The notes: generated by a model from the sequence alone, not told the origin. A stretch of DNA of 63,925 nucleotides, filler included, from Stramenopiles sp. TOSAG23-2 (GCA_900128395.1; 4 parts of 4 records of this genome joined end to end with filler, not necessarily neighbours in it); one strand, 5' to 3'. Counted from the whole stretch's first letter, positions 33,974-46,804 are shown. Numbers and translations: made by a program.

Positions 33974-36259
33974 ATGTCTATATATACTTATTGGGAGAAG
34001 AAAAAGAGTCATATTGCCACATTAACGTTGGTAATATGTTGTATTATAAATGTGAATATCTATCAGGTCCAACCATCCAATGAACATGTACATCAACGTT
34101 CAAATGCAAATATTTTCTTAGATGAGAAAGATCTAGTCATGGGAAAATCAGAAACTCATGTTGCAAATATGTTAGAATCACATTTATTTTCACAAATTAA
34201 AGGTATGGTGGACGCTCATGGCGAAACAACAGTAGAAAACCAAGGAAAAACTGATACAAAATCACATTCATCTGACCTTTTAAAAGGCCAAGGACTTGGT
34301 GGAAATACTGGAAAAGGAAAAAACCACCATAAAGGCAAGCATAAAGGCAAGCATAAAGGGAAGCATAAGATGACAGCAGAGCAACGCCAAGCTGCAAAGT
34401 TAGAAACTAGGTTAAGAATGGAAACACATGCAAAAACTTGGGCGAAGACACAGGCACGTGCTATGGCCAAAGCTGCTGCTGCACAGCAGGCAAAAGAGAC
34501 GCAAAGGCTTCGAGCAGAGGCAGCAGCTGCTGCTCATGATGAATTGATGGTGTTGTCACGGATGGAAAAGGATCTTCACAAGGCGCAACGTGCAACGGCT
34601 GCAAGTCTACCAAAATTGGAATTAAATCCACGTTTAGCAAGAAAATCGCCGAAACTTTTAACGGAAGATGAAAAATTATTAGAAATGTTAAAACATCCTG
34701 AACGTTATGTTGAGAAAACTGTGGATTTAGATCATCCTGCCATACCTGCAAAGCCAAACCAAACCCATGTTTTATCAAAGGATAAGCATGTAATAGCAAC
34801 AAAAGAGCATTTAAAAGCAATTAACGATATTACTAATACTTTAAACGAGACGACAAAAGCAACAAAAGCAAAGGGAAAGAAAACGCTTCATATTGCTACA
34901 AATACGATCACGAGTCACACCAACACTCCTAATGGTATGAAGAATAAAAGTAGCAGCAGCAATAATAATAATAATAATAATAATAGTAATGGTAAGAAGA
35001 ATACCACCAGTAGTAGCAATAGTAAAAAGAGCACAAAACATTCGAAACATGTAGCAATTGCAAGACATGTAGCAGAAAAACTGAAAGAACATCATAAACA
35101 TAAACAGAATGTATCTGAAGAACTAAAAAAACCACATACAAGAGAAAGTGCTTTGATAAATCTTGCTAGTTTTTTGAATCTAGATTCCAAAATATTGAAT
35201 GGACATTCCATGGAACATTTACGACCAAAGAAACCAACAAATCATCATTATCGTAAGCACCATGTAATACGACATCACCCAGCTGCACCAAACTTTTGGC
35301 CAAAGAAAAGACATATAGTAAAAAAATCATCTAAAATGAGATTCCGTCAAGGCAGAATGAATGTACAAAAAAACATGAAATCAATGGTAGATAAAGTATT
35401 TTCTCACCCATTCTGGCATAGTAGACCGACTGCACAACAACAAAAGCAGCAACAGCAAGCGCAGCAAAAAACGCAAGATATGCGTTTTCAACAGCAATAT
35501 ATGAAACAGAATGGTCAATTTTTTTCTACCAGAGGACAGCAAGCTCCACGACAAATTAATAGTGGTGGTTATCCTGGTGCTCAGCAACAGCAACAACAAC
35601 AACAACCGCGACCACAACAACACAAAAAGACAATGGATAGTCCATTTGGATTCAACGATTTAAATTCCCAATTAGGTAATGATGCAGCACAAGATTTTCA
35701 AAATGTTAGAAATGAAAATAACGCAGCTGCAGCTAGAAACAATGCTGGCGGTAGAAACTCGTTTAGTGCCGGCAGCGGTGGCTTAGAAAGCCCAGCAAAT
35801 GGTGGTTTGCCATCTATGGCAACTTCAAATAGTAGACCAACAGATCCAACTATTGGCGTCGGATCATCCGGTGGCAATCCATTTGCAGGAACAATGCCAC
35901 CACCATCTGCAGTAAAATATACATATGGTAAAGATGTTAGAAATACTCAAGGGAGACGGCCACCACCACCACCACCTGCAGCTGTACCTCCTCCACCTCC
36001 AGTAGGACAAGGATCGAACGCTATGCCATTAGCGCGTGGCCCACATCCTGTGAAACCAACTAGTAGTAGTAATAGCAACGGTGTTAATTCAGCATTTCTT
36101 CCACAAACTCCGCAAGCTGGTTCAAAACCAATTAGTGCACCTCCTCCACCATTGCCTATGGCACCACAACAAGCAGGTGCTGCTCCTGCTGGTGGACCAA
36201 AACCTGTCATGTCTCCATCTGTCGTTACAACCATACCAATAAAGAGAAGAAGGTTGTAA
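33974..36259 (+). CDS. Secreted low-complexity His/Lys-, Gln- and Pro-rich protein
   Basis: 761-aa ORF with a hydrophobic leader, HKGK repeats, polyQ and polyP. Confidence 0.75.
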   Translation: MSIYTYWEKKKSHIATLTLVICCIINVNIYQVQPSNEHVHQRSNANIFLDEKDLVMGKSETHVANMLESHLFSQIKGMVDAHGETTVENQGKTDTKSHSSDLLKGQGLGGNTGKGKNHHKGKHKGKHKGKHKMTAEQRQAAKLETRLRMETHAKTWAKTQARAMAKAAAAQQAKETQRLRAEAAAAAHDELMVLSRMEKDLHKAQRATAASLPKLELNPRLARKSPKLLTEDEKLLEMLKHPERYVEKTVDLDHPAIPAKPNQTHVLSKDKHVIATKEHLKAINDITNTLNETTKATKAKGKKTLHIATNTITSHTNTPNGMKNKSSSSNNNNNNNNSNGKKNTTSSSNSKKSTKHSKHVAIARHVAEKLKEHHKHKQNVSEELKKPHTRESALINLASFLNLDSKILNGHSMEHLRPKKPTNHHYRKHHVIRHHPAAPNFWPKKRHIVKKSSKMRFRQGRMNVQKNMKSMVDKVFSHPFWHSRPTAQQQKQQQQAQQKTQDMRFQQQYMKQNGQFFSTRGQQAPRQINSGGYPGAQQQQQQQQPRPQQHKKTMDSPFGFNDLNSQLGNDAAQDFQNVRNENNAAAARNNAGGRNSFSAGSGGLESPANGGLPSMATSNSRPTDPTIGVGSSGGNPFAGTMPPPSAVKYTYGKDVRNTQGRRPPPPPPAAVPPPPPVGQGSNAMPLARGPHPVKPTSSSNSNGVNSAFLPQTPQAGSKPISAPPPPLPMAPQQAGAAPAGGPKPVMSPSVVTTIPIKRRRL

Positions 36260-36397
36260 ATCTATAGAGGGGAGACGAGGAAATGAGAGAGAGATAACGA
36301 GGGAGGGAGAATGCGAGCTGAAAATATATATATAATCTAATCTAACATATCATACAAAAGGAGATTTTTATTTATATGGTATCATACTTTCTTCTTT

Positions 36398-38984
36398 TTA
36401 CGAAGTACTGGATGTTGTTGTTTCTTCATCCACAGGAGGTAGCTTGCTATCATTATTCGTGATAGTATTCGAATTTAGTTTTTCCAGTTTCTCCTCTTTG
36501 ATCAGTCTTCTCGTCCACTCGTGATTTAATATATCTGTTGCTGATATTCGTGTCAATGGATCTTTGTCCAACATTCTAGAAATAATATCACAACATTCCG
36601 GAGAACGTTTTTTCCAATATTTATCATCTAATACAATAACAGTCTTGCTTTCTTTAATATTTTCAACAGTTTCTTCCTGCGTTTTAGCAGTGTATGGTAA
36701 TTTCCCTCGCATGACTAAAAATGCTATTACACCTAATGACCATATATCCGCTGGTGAACCATAGCCTTGGTTGTTAATAACTTCAGGAGCAACGTAACTT
36801 AATGTACCACATGCAAGTTTCAATTGATGTGTCGGTGCGACTAATTGCGACAAGCCAAAATCTGCTATTCTGATATTTTTTAATCCTTTCTCACATAAAA
36901 TATTTTCAGGTTTCAAATCACGATGTACAATACCTAAACTATGTATATATTTTAACGCATCAGCAATCGGGCGTATCAATTTATATGCTTCCATTTCCGA
37001 AAATCGCTTTCTACCAACAATATGTTGAAATAATTCACCACCACGAATTAATTCCATTACAATATGAATTTTACTTTTAGATTCATAGATTTCTTCTAAT
37101 GTGATTACATTTGGATGTGTCATTAACTTCATCACAGCAATTTCCGTACGTAGCAATTCAAGCTCTTTTATATCCATAGAATGTTTTTGCATAATTTTAA
37201 CAGCAAATTCTTCATTCGAACCATTCTTCTTTTTACAACGATATACTTTTGAAAATCTACCAACACCAATTTGTTGCAAAATATCATATTCATTTTCAAT
37301 TGATTTAATATCAGACGCTTTCTTTAAAGCGGAGATCCAACTGTTTTGATCCTTTAACGTGCTTGCAAATAATTGCCTTACATCACGTTCTCCACCAGCA
37401 CTAGTCATAATCTCGATGCCAAAATGTTTACCATCATCCTTATCTTGCTTTATTCGTGATATATATGCACCTTCGAGGTAGACAGCTCCATCTGGCTTGG
37501 TCATGTTCCCGCTCTGCTTTGTATAATAGCAAAATTTACCATCAATCCAATAATACCTACGTTTCCATGCACCAAACCTACCACCCAATTTCATCAGCCA
37601 GCCGCTCATACTGACATCTCGACTATTAATGATGCTTTTGATTTCACCGGTTTTAGCAGGTGAATAGATACTTCCTTTTGGTTCATGAAATGTTGAATAG
37701 TCGATACTAGGTCGTGGTAAATTTTCTAATGCATCTAGGCCATCATCTGGTTTAAAAATTAATTCCTTTGAAAAAGTATCTTTGGTTACTTTTTTACCAC
37801 AGCCACCACAAAAAGAAATATTTAATATTTGCTCACAGTTTGTACAATTTATTGTCCATTGTATATGTTCCCAATGATCTTGTGCGCCTTGATAACCACC
37901 GAAAAATTCTTTGAATCCTACAAAAAGAAATATTTAATATTTGCTCACAGTTTGTACAATTTATTGTCCATTGTTGCTTAGTTTTCGTATTATTATTAGT
38001 ATCATTGCTACTATTGCTGCTACTTTTGGCACTATCGTCTCCACAAATGAATGTGGCTGATACTTTTGGCACTACCGTTTCCACAAATGAATGTGGTGTT
38101 TTTTCCGTAAATTCTGTACCACATGATGTACAAAAAGATATTTGATGAGTACAAAAACGACATTGCAAGCCCCAATGTAATGACTTTGCGTCCCATGATA
38201 ATGAACGTTTTGATTTCGGTGATTTTGGAATGCCCGATCCAATTCGTTTTCGAGGCAAACTCTTTTTCGAACCAGATAACACACCAGCAGCTTCAAATAC
38301 TTCTTCATTCATTTCATTCTCTAACCATGCTGCTAAATCAGGATTTTGATTTACCCATAAATTAAATTGATGAAATGATAATTTCCCATCACGATTCAAA
38401 TCACAATCTTTAAAAGCTTGTTCAACTAACTTATCAATTTCAATTGAGTGTGTATTATTATCGTCATTATAGCCAAACTCGCCGTTTTCATTTTTTCCAG
38501 ATTTTGGAGTGCTATTTCCATTTGCATCTTTCTCATCGTCGCTTTTGTCTAACGAAACGGAACGGATTTTATTTGCCAATCTACTGTGCTCCAACTTTTC
38601 TTTCGGCATATGGCTTAAAAGGATACTTAATTCTTTTTTATGTATAGCACCATCTCCAGCTAAATCATACATATCAAACATAACACGTAATCTTTCCTCT
38701 TGTGAACCTCTACAAAATAAAGCAAGTCCACATATAAATTCTTCATAATCAAGCACACCGGAACGATCTACATCAAACAGCGTAAACAATCGCTCGCCAA
38801 GTATGCCAGGTAATGGAAAAATTTTCAAAAACGTTGCTTTATCAACTGTCGGACCTTTTGATCGCTCTGCTAGTGTTTCAAACTTCATTTTTAACTCGTG
38901 TAATTCACTCGTATCAAATTTAATAGCAGCATCTTTAAACATGACCGATTGTATTTTTTTCTTGCCACCCACTTTGTTCCCCAT
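36398..38984 (-). CDS. CDPK7-like kinase: MG N-terminus, EF-hands, CxxC zinc-ribbon region, PH domain, CAMK domain; interrupted by a 112-bp chimeric insert
   Basis: EF loops DVDRSGVLDYEE, DLAGDGAIHKKE and DLNRDGKLSFHQ. CRFC/CTSC/CTNC/CGGC. PH domain SGWLMKLGG..WKRRY..W. HRDLKPEN, DFG, CGTLSYVAPE. Removing 37808-37919 joins both ORFs in frame. Confidence 0.88.
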
Positions 38985-39564
38985 CTTCCTATTGTTATTA
39001 TTATTATTCTTATAATTGTTGTATATATGTTTTTATAAATAATTTATCTATCTATATATATATATAACTGAATAGATAGTGTCATGTACGTTATCTGAAA
39101 TGTGTATTGTATTGTTATTTCTTTTCTGTCCCACAATAACAATACAATTAATTCATTTTTTTCTTTATTTCTGTATAAGTTGTAAAAAAAAAAGAAGGTA
39201 AAAAAATTATTTGGTGGAAGAACAAAATAAAACTAATAACTATGGAGAAAAGGACCCCATATATATACGATTGAAATAGCATCTATTAGCTGGCCCAGGG
39301 CAGGCACACAATACGGAGTAGAGAATGATTAATGATTTGATGATTTGAACTTTAAAAATGATAGCTCTACCTATAAGTAGCTTACCTGGTATAGTGTGTT
39401 TTTTTATGTCCTACGCTTCTTCTTATATTTTTTATAAAATACCGTAAAAAATATATATCTTTTTTTTCCAAAAAAAAAAAAAATCGGAAAAATGATAATA
39501 TCATCAGAAAAACAAACAAAACAATTGCTACCGAACAAAAACAAGTACAAACAAGAGATACAAT

Positions 39565-40287
39565 ATGTATAGAGCAACCATTCTTCTCTTTGCACTTTTG
39601 ATTCTTTCACCATGTACATTAATGTTCATAAAAGGCGGGAAAGTAAATGAGAAAGGAACAACCTATGATAATAACTATAATTTATGCAATTCAAATACTG
39701 GAATTAATAATAACGTATTATCGAATATTACGTTTCCACATAATGATAAATATCAACAACAATTGTTGAAAAAATCTCCCACTGCATCAATAACAGGGAA
39801 ATCGAATGATGCTCCAAGACCGCATATAATCATGGCGTTATTTGATGATTTAGGTGCAAACGATTTAGGAATATTTTCTGGAGGAACACAAACTCCAAGA
39901 ACACCCTTTATGGATACCATGATGAGGGATGGTATAAAATTAAAACAATATTATGTACAACCAATTTGTAGCCCAACTCGATCAGCATTAATGACAGGTA
40001 GATACCCTATACGTACAGGGGGACAACATGGTGTAGCACAACAAAATGATGCAACTTGGATACCAGATGATGAAATTATCTTAGCAAAACGATTAAGTCA
40101 AGTTGGTTATACTTGTAAAGGTACTGGCAAGTGGCACTTGGGACATGGGGCGTTTAAATATACCCCAACAGCAAGAGGATTCAAAGAATTTTTCGGTGGT
40201 TATCAAGGCGCACAAGATCATTGGGAACATATACAATGGACAATAAATTGTACAAACTGTGAGCAAATATTAAATATTTATTATTGG
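39565..40287 (+). CDS. Secreted formylglycine-dependent (S1) arylsulfatase, 5' part only
   Basis: Signal peptide; PHII..LFDDLG, CSPTRSALMTGRY, GKWHLG, PTARGF. Truncated and chimeric at the contig end. Confidence 0.9.
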
Positions 40288-40387
40288 NNNNNNNNNNNNN
40301 NNNNNNNNNNNNNNNNNNNNNNNNNNNNNNNTTAATTAATTAANNNNNNNNNNNNNNNNNNNNNNNNNNNNNNNNNNNNNNNNNNNN
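40288..40387. other. Artificial contig linker
   Basis: 44 N + TTAATTAATTAA + 44 N. Confidence 0.97.
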
Positions 40388-40569
40388 TATTAACCGCTAA
40401 TATCCTGATGGACAACTGACAACTGAACAACAAAAATAGTCTGTCGTCTGTGTCTATCTGTCGCCTCCTGTGTTTCTCTCATCTACATTTGCTTTATTAC
40501 ATTAATTACTTTGTGTATTTTTTGTTAATATATACCATATATAAAAGAAATTATTGATAATATATATAT

Positions 40570-41433
40570 ATGAATATATTGTATTTTATTATTATTATAC
40601 CAATTGCAATATTATTATATCATAATAAGAATCAACAAGACGAAAAAATGAATTCATTGCGTAAACATATATTATTAGGAAATGGAAAGAGAAAAGCAGT
40701 ATTGATAGGAGCAACTGGAGCGACAGGATCCCAAGTATTGAAGATATTATTAAATTCTCCGGAGTGGGGACGTGTTACAACGTTTGGCAGAAGAGAATTA
40801 CCAAAAACGAACAACAAAGATGGTAAAGTTGATAGTACTGAGGATACTTCAAAATTACAACATCATATTGTAAATTTTGCGGAACTAAATGAAAATGATG
40901 ATAAAATTGTATCATTGTTTAAAGATCATGATGTTGTATTTAACTGTATTGGAACGACAAGGGGGCAAGCTGGTGGCGCCGATCCATTTTATAAAATTGA
41001 AGTGGAATATACACAAAAAATTGCAACAATTGCATCTAAAGCTGGAATAAAACAGTTTAGTGTTGTCAGTGCCCAAGGAGCCAATCCAAATCAATATTAT
41101 GTAAAATGGATACATCCATTATTATATATGTATACATTAGGCATGAAAGAAGAAGTAGTTAAAAACGTAACACCACCATTTCAACGTATATCAATATTTC
41201 GACCTGGTATGTTAAATCGATTAAAAAAAGATCGTACAGCTGAAATAATTATTAATCGTGTCTTTGGTGGTTTAAGGGTAGATGCTTTAGCAAAATGCAT
41301 TGTAAAAGATGCAGAAAGTGATAAACATGGTAGTAGTAATGGTGTTGATGATGATAATAATAATACAGTAGTAATAGAAGAACCAATTATTTATGAAGGT
41401 AATGATGTTATTTTATCACAAAGTCAATTGTAA
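40570..41433 (+). CDS. HTATIP2/TIP30 (CC3)-like NAD(P)-binding SDR with N-terminal membrane anchor
   Basis: GATGATG, GRR, FNCIGTTR..AG, VSAQGAN, IFRPGML. Confidence 0.88.
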   Translation: MNILYFIIIIPIAILLYHNKNQQDEKMNSLRKHILLGNGKRKAVLIGATGATGSQVLKILLNSPEWGRVTTFGRRELPKTNNKDGKVDSTEDTSKLQHHIVNFAELNENDDKIVSLFKDHDVVFNCIGTTRGQAGGADPFYKIEVEYTQKIATIASKAGIKQFSVVSAQGANPNQYYVKWIHPLLYMYTLGMKEEVVKNVTPPFQRISIFRPGMLNRLKKDRTAEIIINRVFGGLRVDALAKCIVKDAESDKHGSSNGVDDDNNNTVVIEEPIIYEGNDVILSQSQL

Positions 41434-41476
41434 AAAAAAAAGCAAAAAAACAACAAAAAGTTTATTTATAGAAAGC

Positions 41477-41600
41477 AACGGGCTTGTATAGCTTGCCTGG
41501 CTTGCCCAGCTTGCCCACACCAGCACAGCTTGCCTGGCTTGCTGGGCTTTCCAGCTTGCCCTAAGGCTTGCCCTGGGCTTGCTGGGCTTGCCCAAGGCAG
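41477..41600. repeat. GC-rich 9-bp degenerate tandem repeat (GCTTGCCYR / GCTTGCTGG)
   Basis: Roughly 10 GCTTG(C/T) units directly visible. Confidence 0.85.
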
Positions 41601-42456
41601 AGTTTTAAATGATGCTCGTGATGCCGATGGATTTTGCCTTAAAAAAATCAATAACATTTCAGGAATTTTCATCATCTAAAAATAATCATCAAGTACACAT
41701 AGTAAAATTAGTTTCTAATTACTTATTATCGGATATTATTATTACTATCCCACTCTAAATAGTCAGTTTAGTACGGTAAAACCTAAGAGTCTATAATAGG
41801 TATATTTTTTGTAATCTAATTTCTATAGTTGAAAGTCGCTCGTGCTCGTTATTGGAAGTCTTTTTTCTTCTGAATCTTGCACTCTAACTCTGCCCGAAAA
41901 TGGCTAAAAAAATGTAACTTCGTGGAAAGTGGAAGCGTCACCATTAAGAACTGACATTCCACAAGCTAGCAATGAATGATCGTTAGTTTCCATAGAATTC
42001 TTTTCCAAAAATTCCTAATGCTATTTCCATATTATATGAAATAGAATTGCAAATCCTGATGACTCATTGGACTGCACAGCACCAAACAAAATAAAAAATC
42101 GTGCCGTGTTAGCGTGTAGGACAGAACATAAGCTACCTATCAAAAGTATACAACAAATGATGATAGTATACAACAAATGGTGCAAAATATAATGGAATAT
42201 TATTGTTGAACCTGAACTTTAAAAAAAAAAATTTAATGGATGTTGAAGAAGAAAAAATTTATACTATTGTTAGGGATGTTAGAATACGAATTGCTCCATC
42301 ACTTTTTGTGAAGTGAAGTTTGGATAAAATGGATGATATATATATGTGATGGTATATACATAGACTCTAACTCACAGTAAGAAGAGTAGAGTGGTGATAC
42401 AGAAATATATATATTAGTTACAACAACAACAACATTCTTATATATATATACATATC

Positions 42457-43399
42457 ATGGAAGCTCTTACATCAGGTTCGTATTCCGATACATCGACGGC
42501 AAGTTATGCGTCAGATCATGAACAACAGAAAGTTTTATTATCAACACTTCCAAAGAAGCCCATCAAAATTGTTAAAGCGGCTTCAAACTCGGCTTACTTG
42601 TTACCACCAACCTCGTTAATAAGTGTACCACTACCATCGCCATCTATAGCTAAATTGAAATCCTTAACAAAAGGCGAGTTGCGCAAAGGCAAATGGAGTA
42701 AAGAAGAAGAAGAGTATACACAAGTAATTATCAATGCTTTTCAAATAGGTAAGTAGGATTATCATGTTTATATATCCTTTCACTACACACATTTAGACCT
42801 TGAATATACACCAAAAAACACCACTATATACCAAAAAAATAATGTTTCAGTTCAACATTAAACGACAAATATATATATATCCTGTATACATTGCAATATA
42901 TAATAATTTTCACCCAGGCATATATCACTAACATTATATATCAATCTATCTTTACAATATTATAGGATTGTTGCCACCAGTATGGTCAGTAGTACGTGGA
43001 ACCACGTTACGTGTATTTCTTGCAGAAAGATTAAATTGTGACGCTATGCGCATAACTAAAAAATTTGCAGGTGAGGAAGCTATAGGAAAACAAGTATATC
43101 GCCCTAGGCCGTATGACATAGATTCGCCTACATGTTTGAAATTGAGCAAAGAGATTGCACGTTTAGAAAAATCGTTTTTAGTAAAACTGGAGCAAGTTTT
43201 AGAACGCAGGGCGCAAAGAAAAGCACGAACCTCAAAGAAACGTAGCATTAGTTCATCAAATGGTACTTTTGAACATGTATCAAATCACAAAAAAACGAAG
43301 AAACAACATAGTCATAAACCAAGTTCAGGGAAAACTCAATCATCAACTCTTGATGAGACATCATTATTTTTGAGTTTCATTGAAGGTTTACAAAAATAA
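42457..43399 (+). CDS. Two-exon Myb-like putative transcription factor (exons 42457-42748 and 42966-43399)
   Basis: GTAAGT...TTATAG intron 42749-42965 (phase 1) joins LRKGKWSKEEEEY...FQIG to LLP...GTTLRVFLAERLNCDAMRITKKF.G...IGKQVY, a motif set I recognise from oomycete and diatom proteins. Confidence 0.85.
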
Positions 43400-44803
43400 A
43401 TTGAATATTTGTATATGTAATTTGTACATGTGCTGAAGAATAATACGTATATATACACAAAATAATTGTAGTATGAAGCTTTGTTACACCTTTTTGTTGA
43501 ACATTGAAGAAGAAGAATGTTTCGTTTTTTTTTTTATTTGCATGTTATCAACCAATGACTTCCAACGAAACATCAACAACGACAACAAAATTAAAATACA
43601 TTTTATTATTGATACATATTATTCTATGCACGGATTTTGAACTGTTTAATATAGTGCAAAGATAAACACATTGTGAAAATGATCTCGCCAAGAAACATCA
43701 AATGCTAAAAAGGAACCAAACATGCGAACGTGCGAACGGCAATGATGTAAAACATTTTTTTCTTGCAAACGACACCGGACGACATTTTTACAATTACTCG
43801 GTACGTGTGTGTGTAAAATATTAAAAAAAAAATTATAACTAAAAAATCATTTTTTTGTTTATAGACTTCTATAGACTTTTCCCTTTTTTTAAACAAATCA
43901 ATACTATTTATGTCGTAAGTTTTCCTTCATTAATACCTTAATTTGATTTAAAATTTAAAAATTAAAAAAAAATTCCGAAAAAGTTGAAAGAAATCCCAAT
44001 TTAAATTTACTTTAGCGCTGAAAACCAATGGCACGCTCAATGATCTAAATATTATTTCTGGTTAATATATAGTGGTCCGGTGGTTCCAGATTTTCCATCA
44101 GTCTTTCAAAATGTTTTGCACCTAGGGATGAAAATTAGTAGTCTAATAGATATTTAAGTAGTAATCACACCGAATAGATGGCAAGTTGTACCATATGGCA
44201 CACGAAGTTTCAAAAAAAGTGGATTTCCTGGATTTCATGCATATTTCATATTTCATAACCTTTGTTAATTTAAGTACATATTTTAGTACAGTATACTAAT
44301 TTATGTATATTTGATAGGGAGATATTGTGGTTGATCGGACACACAGCCACATTAGAGCGCGTGTACACAGACTTTTCTATTTTTCATTGCATAAATCTAG
44401 AAATATATTATAGTCGACTATATCCGCAATATGATATAACACATTTAAACGATACATAATATAAAAGTAAGTTTGTTTTTCTATAGTATATTTCCATTTT
44501 AAAAAAAAAGGCAGCGGCACGTCTTCTGGAATATCGAAATACCATTGCAAAAAAAAGGCTGAAAAGGCAGAAGTAGTAAAACTAATAATATTGTGTTTAA
44601 GTTTAATCCCTTCTGGCACTCCAGCACTCAGCAGCACTGTATTTAACTATATATTATAATATGTTGTTAGTGCGTTACTATTTTTTACTGTATTGTGATT
44701 ATTCCAGATTTTTTTACTTATTACTATTATTATAATTTTTTTTTTATCATAATACTATAGCAACAGGTGCTTAGTATATACATATAAATATGTATTTATC
44801 TTA

Positions 44804-46804
44804 ATGAAAAAGTGCATAAACATAGTTTATGATAAATATCAATATTTGCACGACAGTCCCCTCGCACTATTATCACACTTACGCCATACAATGTCTAACT
44901 CAATAATAATTCCTTCAATAAAACCAACATCTTCCTTTAGTTTACAATCAGTTGATGAAGATGACGAACTCGAATTGGGTGATAGAAATAGTGGCTTAAT
45001 TACTGCATATTATGAAGATATAAATACTAGTAATACAAAAATGTCCAAAGCAATGGTCAAAGCACATCATATAAAACATAGAGCAAACAAAAATCAAAGT
45101 GGTCCTTTCTCTAATAATCATGTTGGAAATCATCGGAATCATAAAAATAGTAAACACATAGGAGGAAGGAAGCATATCCGTGGTGAAAGGTCTTCTAGAC
45201 ATCGTCATAATATTACAACAAATAAACCATTAAATAACTCTACTAGTGGGGAGATACTTTCACCTACTATAGACTCTAACAATAGTAACATGCAAATGGA
45301 AATATCCTATTCAAACATCAGCAAAAACGCTTTGGCACAACGTTATGAATCAAAAATGCAGAAAAGAGATGACATGGTAGAATCACAGACAATAGATAAA
45401 TTAAATAATACAACTAGCCAACTGCAACAATATAATGCAACGGAAAGAATGCACTTAAACTCTAAAATTAAAATGATGTTGCGAAAACATAGGCAAAATA
45501 AAGATACAGGTGAAAACGATGAGCATGAGCCGTTAACATTATCAGAGATTGAACAAATGGTTCCGCCATCAATTTTAGTAGTTTTTCTATCGTCATACTT
45601 TGTACAAGTGCCAACAACTATCCAAGTCATAGGTGCATATAGCGAACGTTTATGGGGGCACAAGAAGAAAGTAAACACCACTCGGATACTTTGTAGTTTA
45701 TCTGTGCGTTTTTCAACAGTAGCAGCAAAACGTGCTGGTGTCATTTGGGCAATTAATCAAATCGGTGCCATGGATAATATTACCAATACGCATAAAAAAC
45801 GCTTAATTAAAAGTTGGAACAAAGCCATTGCTATTGCTGACCAAGCACAATTGGCGGAAGATAGAAAGATGGAGAAAATATATAGGGAAGAACTAGAACG
45901 TAAAAAAGAGCTACAAATAAAATTAAAAGAAGTGTTTGTTCAAGGTAGAGAAAATGAAGAAAAACGTTTGAAGACATTGGAAACTTATTTGGTGAAATAT
46001 CCTACAATTAATTTATCACGTAATAAAACAGTAAACACAATTATTCAAGAAGGTGATCGTAAAGAGGCAGAAGCAGAAAAACGGAAACAACAACTTAAAG
46101 CAAAAATGTTGATGATAAAAATGTTTGGTCGCGATCCATCCAAAGACAAAGCAAATAAGCAATTAGATGATCAAGATAGCAATGCATTACAAAAATTACG
46201 AAAATCAATATTATCTAGAAAAGTATTAGCAAATCTAAGCCGTGGAGGGAGATTGGGTGGGCGTACAAAAACTAGTATGGGCATTGAAAATGATAACACG
46301 CAAGATAATGATGATGATGATCCTGGTAGTGCATCAGCTGCTGCTGCATTTGGATTATTTGGTATTGTCAGTAAAAATATGAAAAAAACTAAAAGTAACA
46401 AGCAAAATGTCGCTAGTATGTTTGGTTTTGGTGCATCGACAAGTACAAAAAATGGATTTTTAGCTGCAAACACCATAATCCATCGTGATGACCATGGAAG
46501 TAATAATGCGAATAATAATGAAAGTCCATCGTCAGTATTTACAACACCAACTAAACAAAAAACAAATTTAAAAGGCCTTTTTGGTAGGATAAAAAACAGA
46601 ACTAATAATGAAACAAAACAAGAAACAAAAACAAATGTATTGTTAACACCATCGCCACCAACATCACCAAATGATAAAGCCAATACATTTCCACCACGTT
46701 CCAATCGCGTAGGATTAAGTCTGAAAAATAGTTTATCAAAATCAAAGAACGTACAAAAGAATATCGGTAAAAAAGTTGAAAATAATAGATTAACATCACC
46801 ATGA
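44804..46804 (+). CDS. Hypothetical protein with coiled-coil centre and disordered ends
   Basis: 666-aa ORF; no family recognised; the true start may be a downstream Met. Confidence 0.7.
   Translation: MKKCINIVYDKYQYLHDSPLALLSHLRHTMSNSIIIPSIKPTSSFSLQSVDEDDELELGDRNSGLITAYYEDINTSNTKMSKAMVKAHHIKHRANKNQSGPFSNNHVGNHRNHKNSKHIGGRKHIRGERSSRHRHNITTNKPLNNSTSGEILSPTIDSNNSNMQMEISYSNISKNALAQRYESKMQKRDDMVESQTIDKLNNTTSQLQQYNATERMHLNSKIKMMLRKHRQNKDTGENDEHEPLTLSEIEQMVPPSILVVFLSSYFVQVPTTIQVIGAYSERLWGHKKKVNTTRILCSLSVRFSTVAAKRAGVIWAINQIGAMDNITNTHKKRLIKSWNKAIAIADQAQLAEDRKMEKIYREELERKKELQIKLKEVFVQGRENEEKRLKTLETYLVKYPTINLSRNKTVNTIIQEGDRKEAEAEKRKQQLKAKMLMIKMFGRDPSKDKANKQLDDQDSNALQKLRKSILSRKVLANLSRGGRLGGRTKTSMGIENDNTQDNDDDDPGSASAAAAFGLFGIVSKNMKKTKSNKQNVASMFGFGASTSTKNGFLAANTIIHRDDHGSNNANNNESPSSVFTTPTKQKTNLKGLFGRIKNRTNNETKQETKTNVLLTPSPPTSPNDKANTFPPRSNRVGLSLKNSLSKSKNVQKNIGKKVENNRLTSP

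Noticed and set aside
39381-39392. U1 snRNA 5' end (CTTACCTGG)
   Set aside because: No downstream U1 stem-loops or Sm site; it is an instance of the TACCTGGTA motif.
41466-41675. 69-aa GQA-repeat ORF
   Set aside because: Translation of the GCTTGCC repeat; no other coding evidence.
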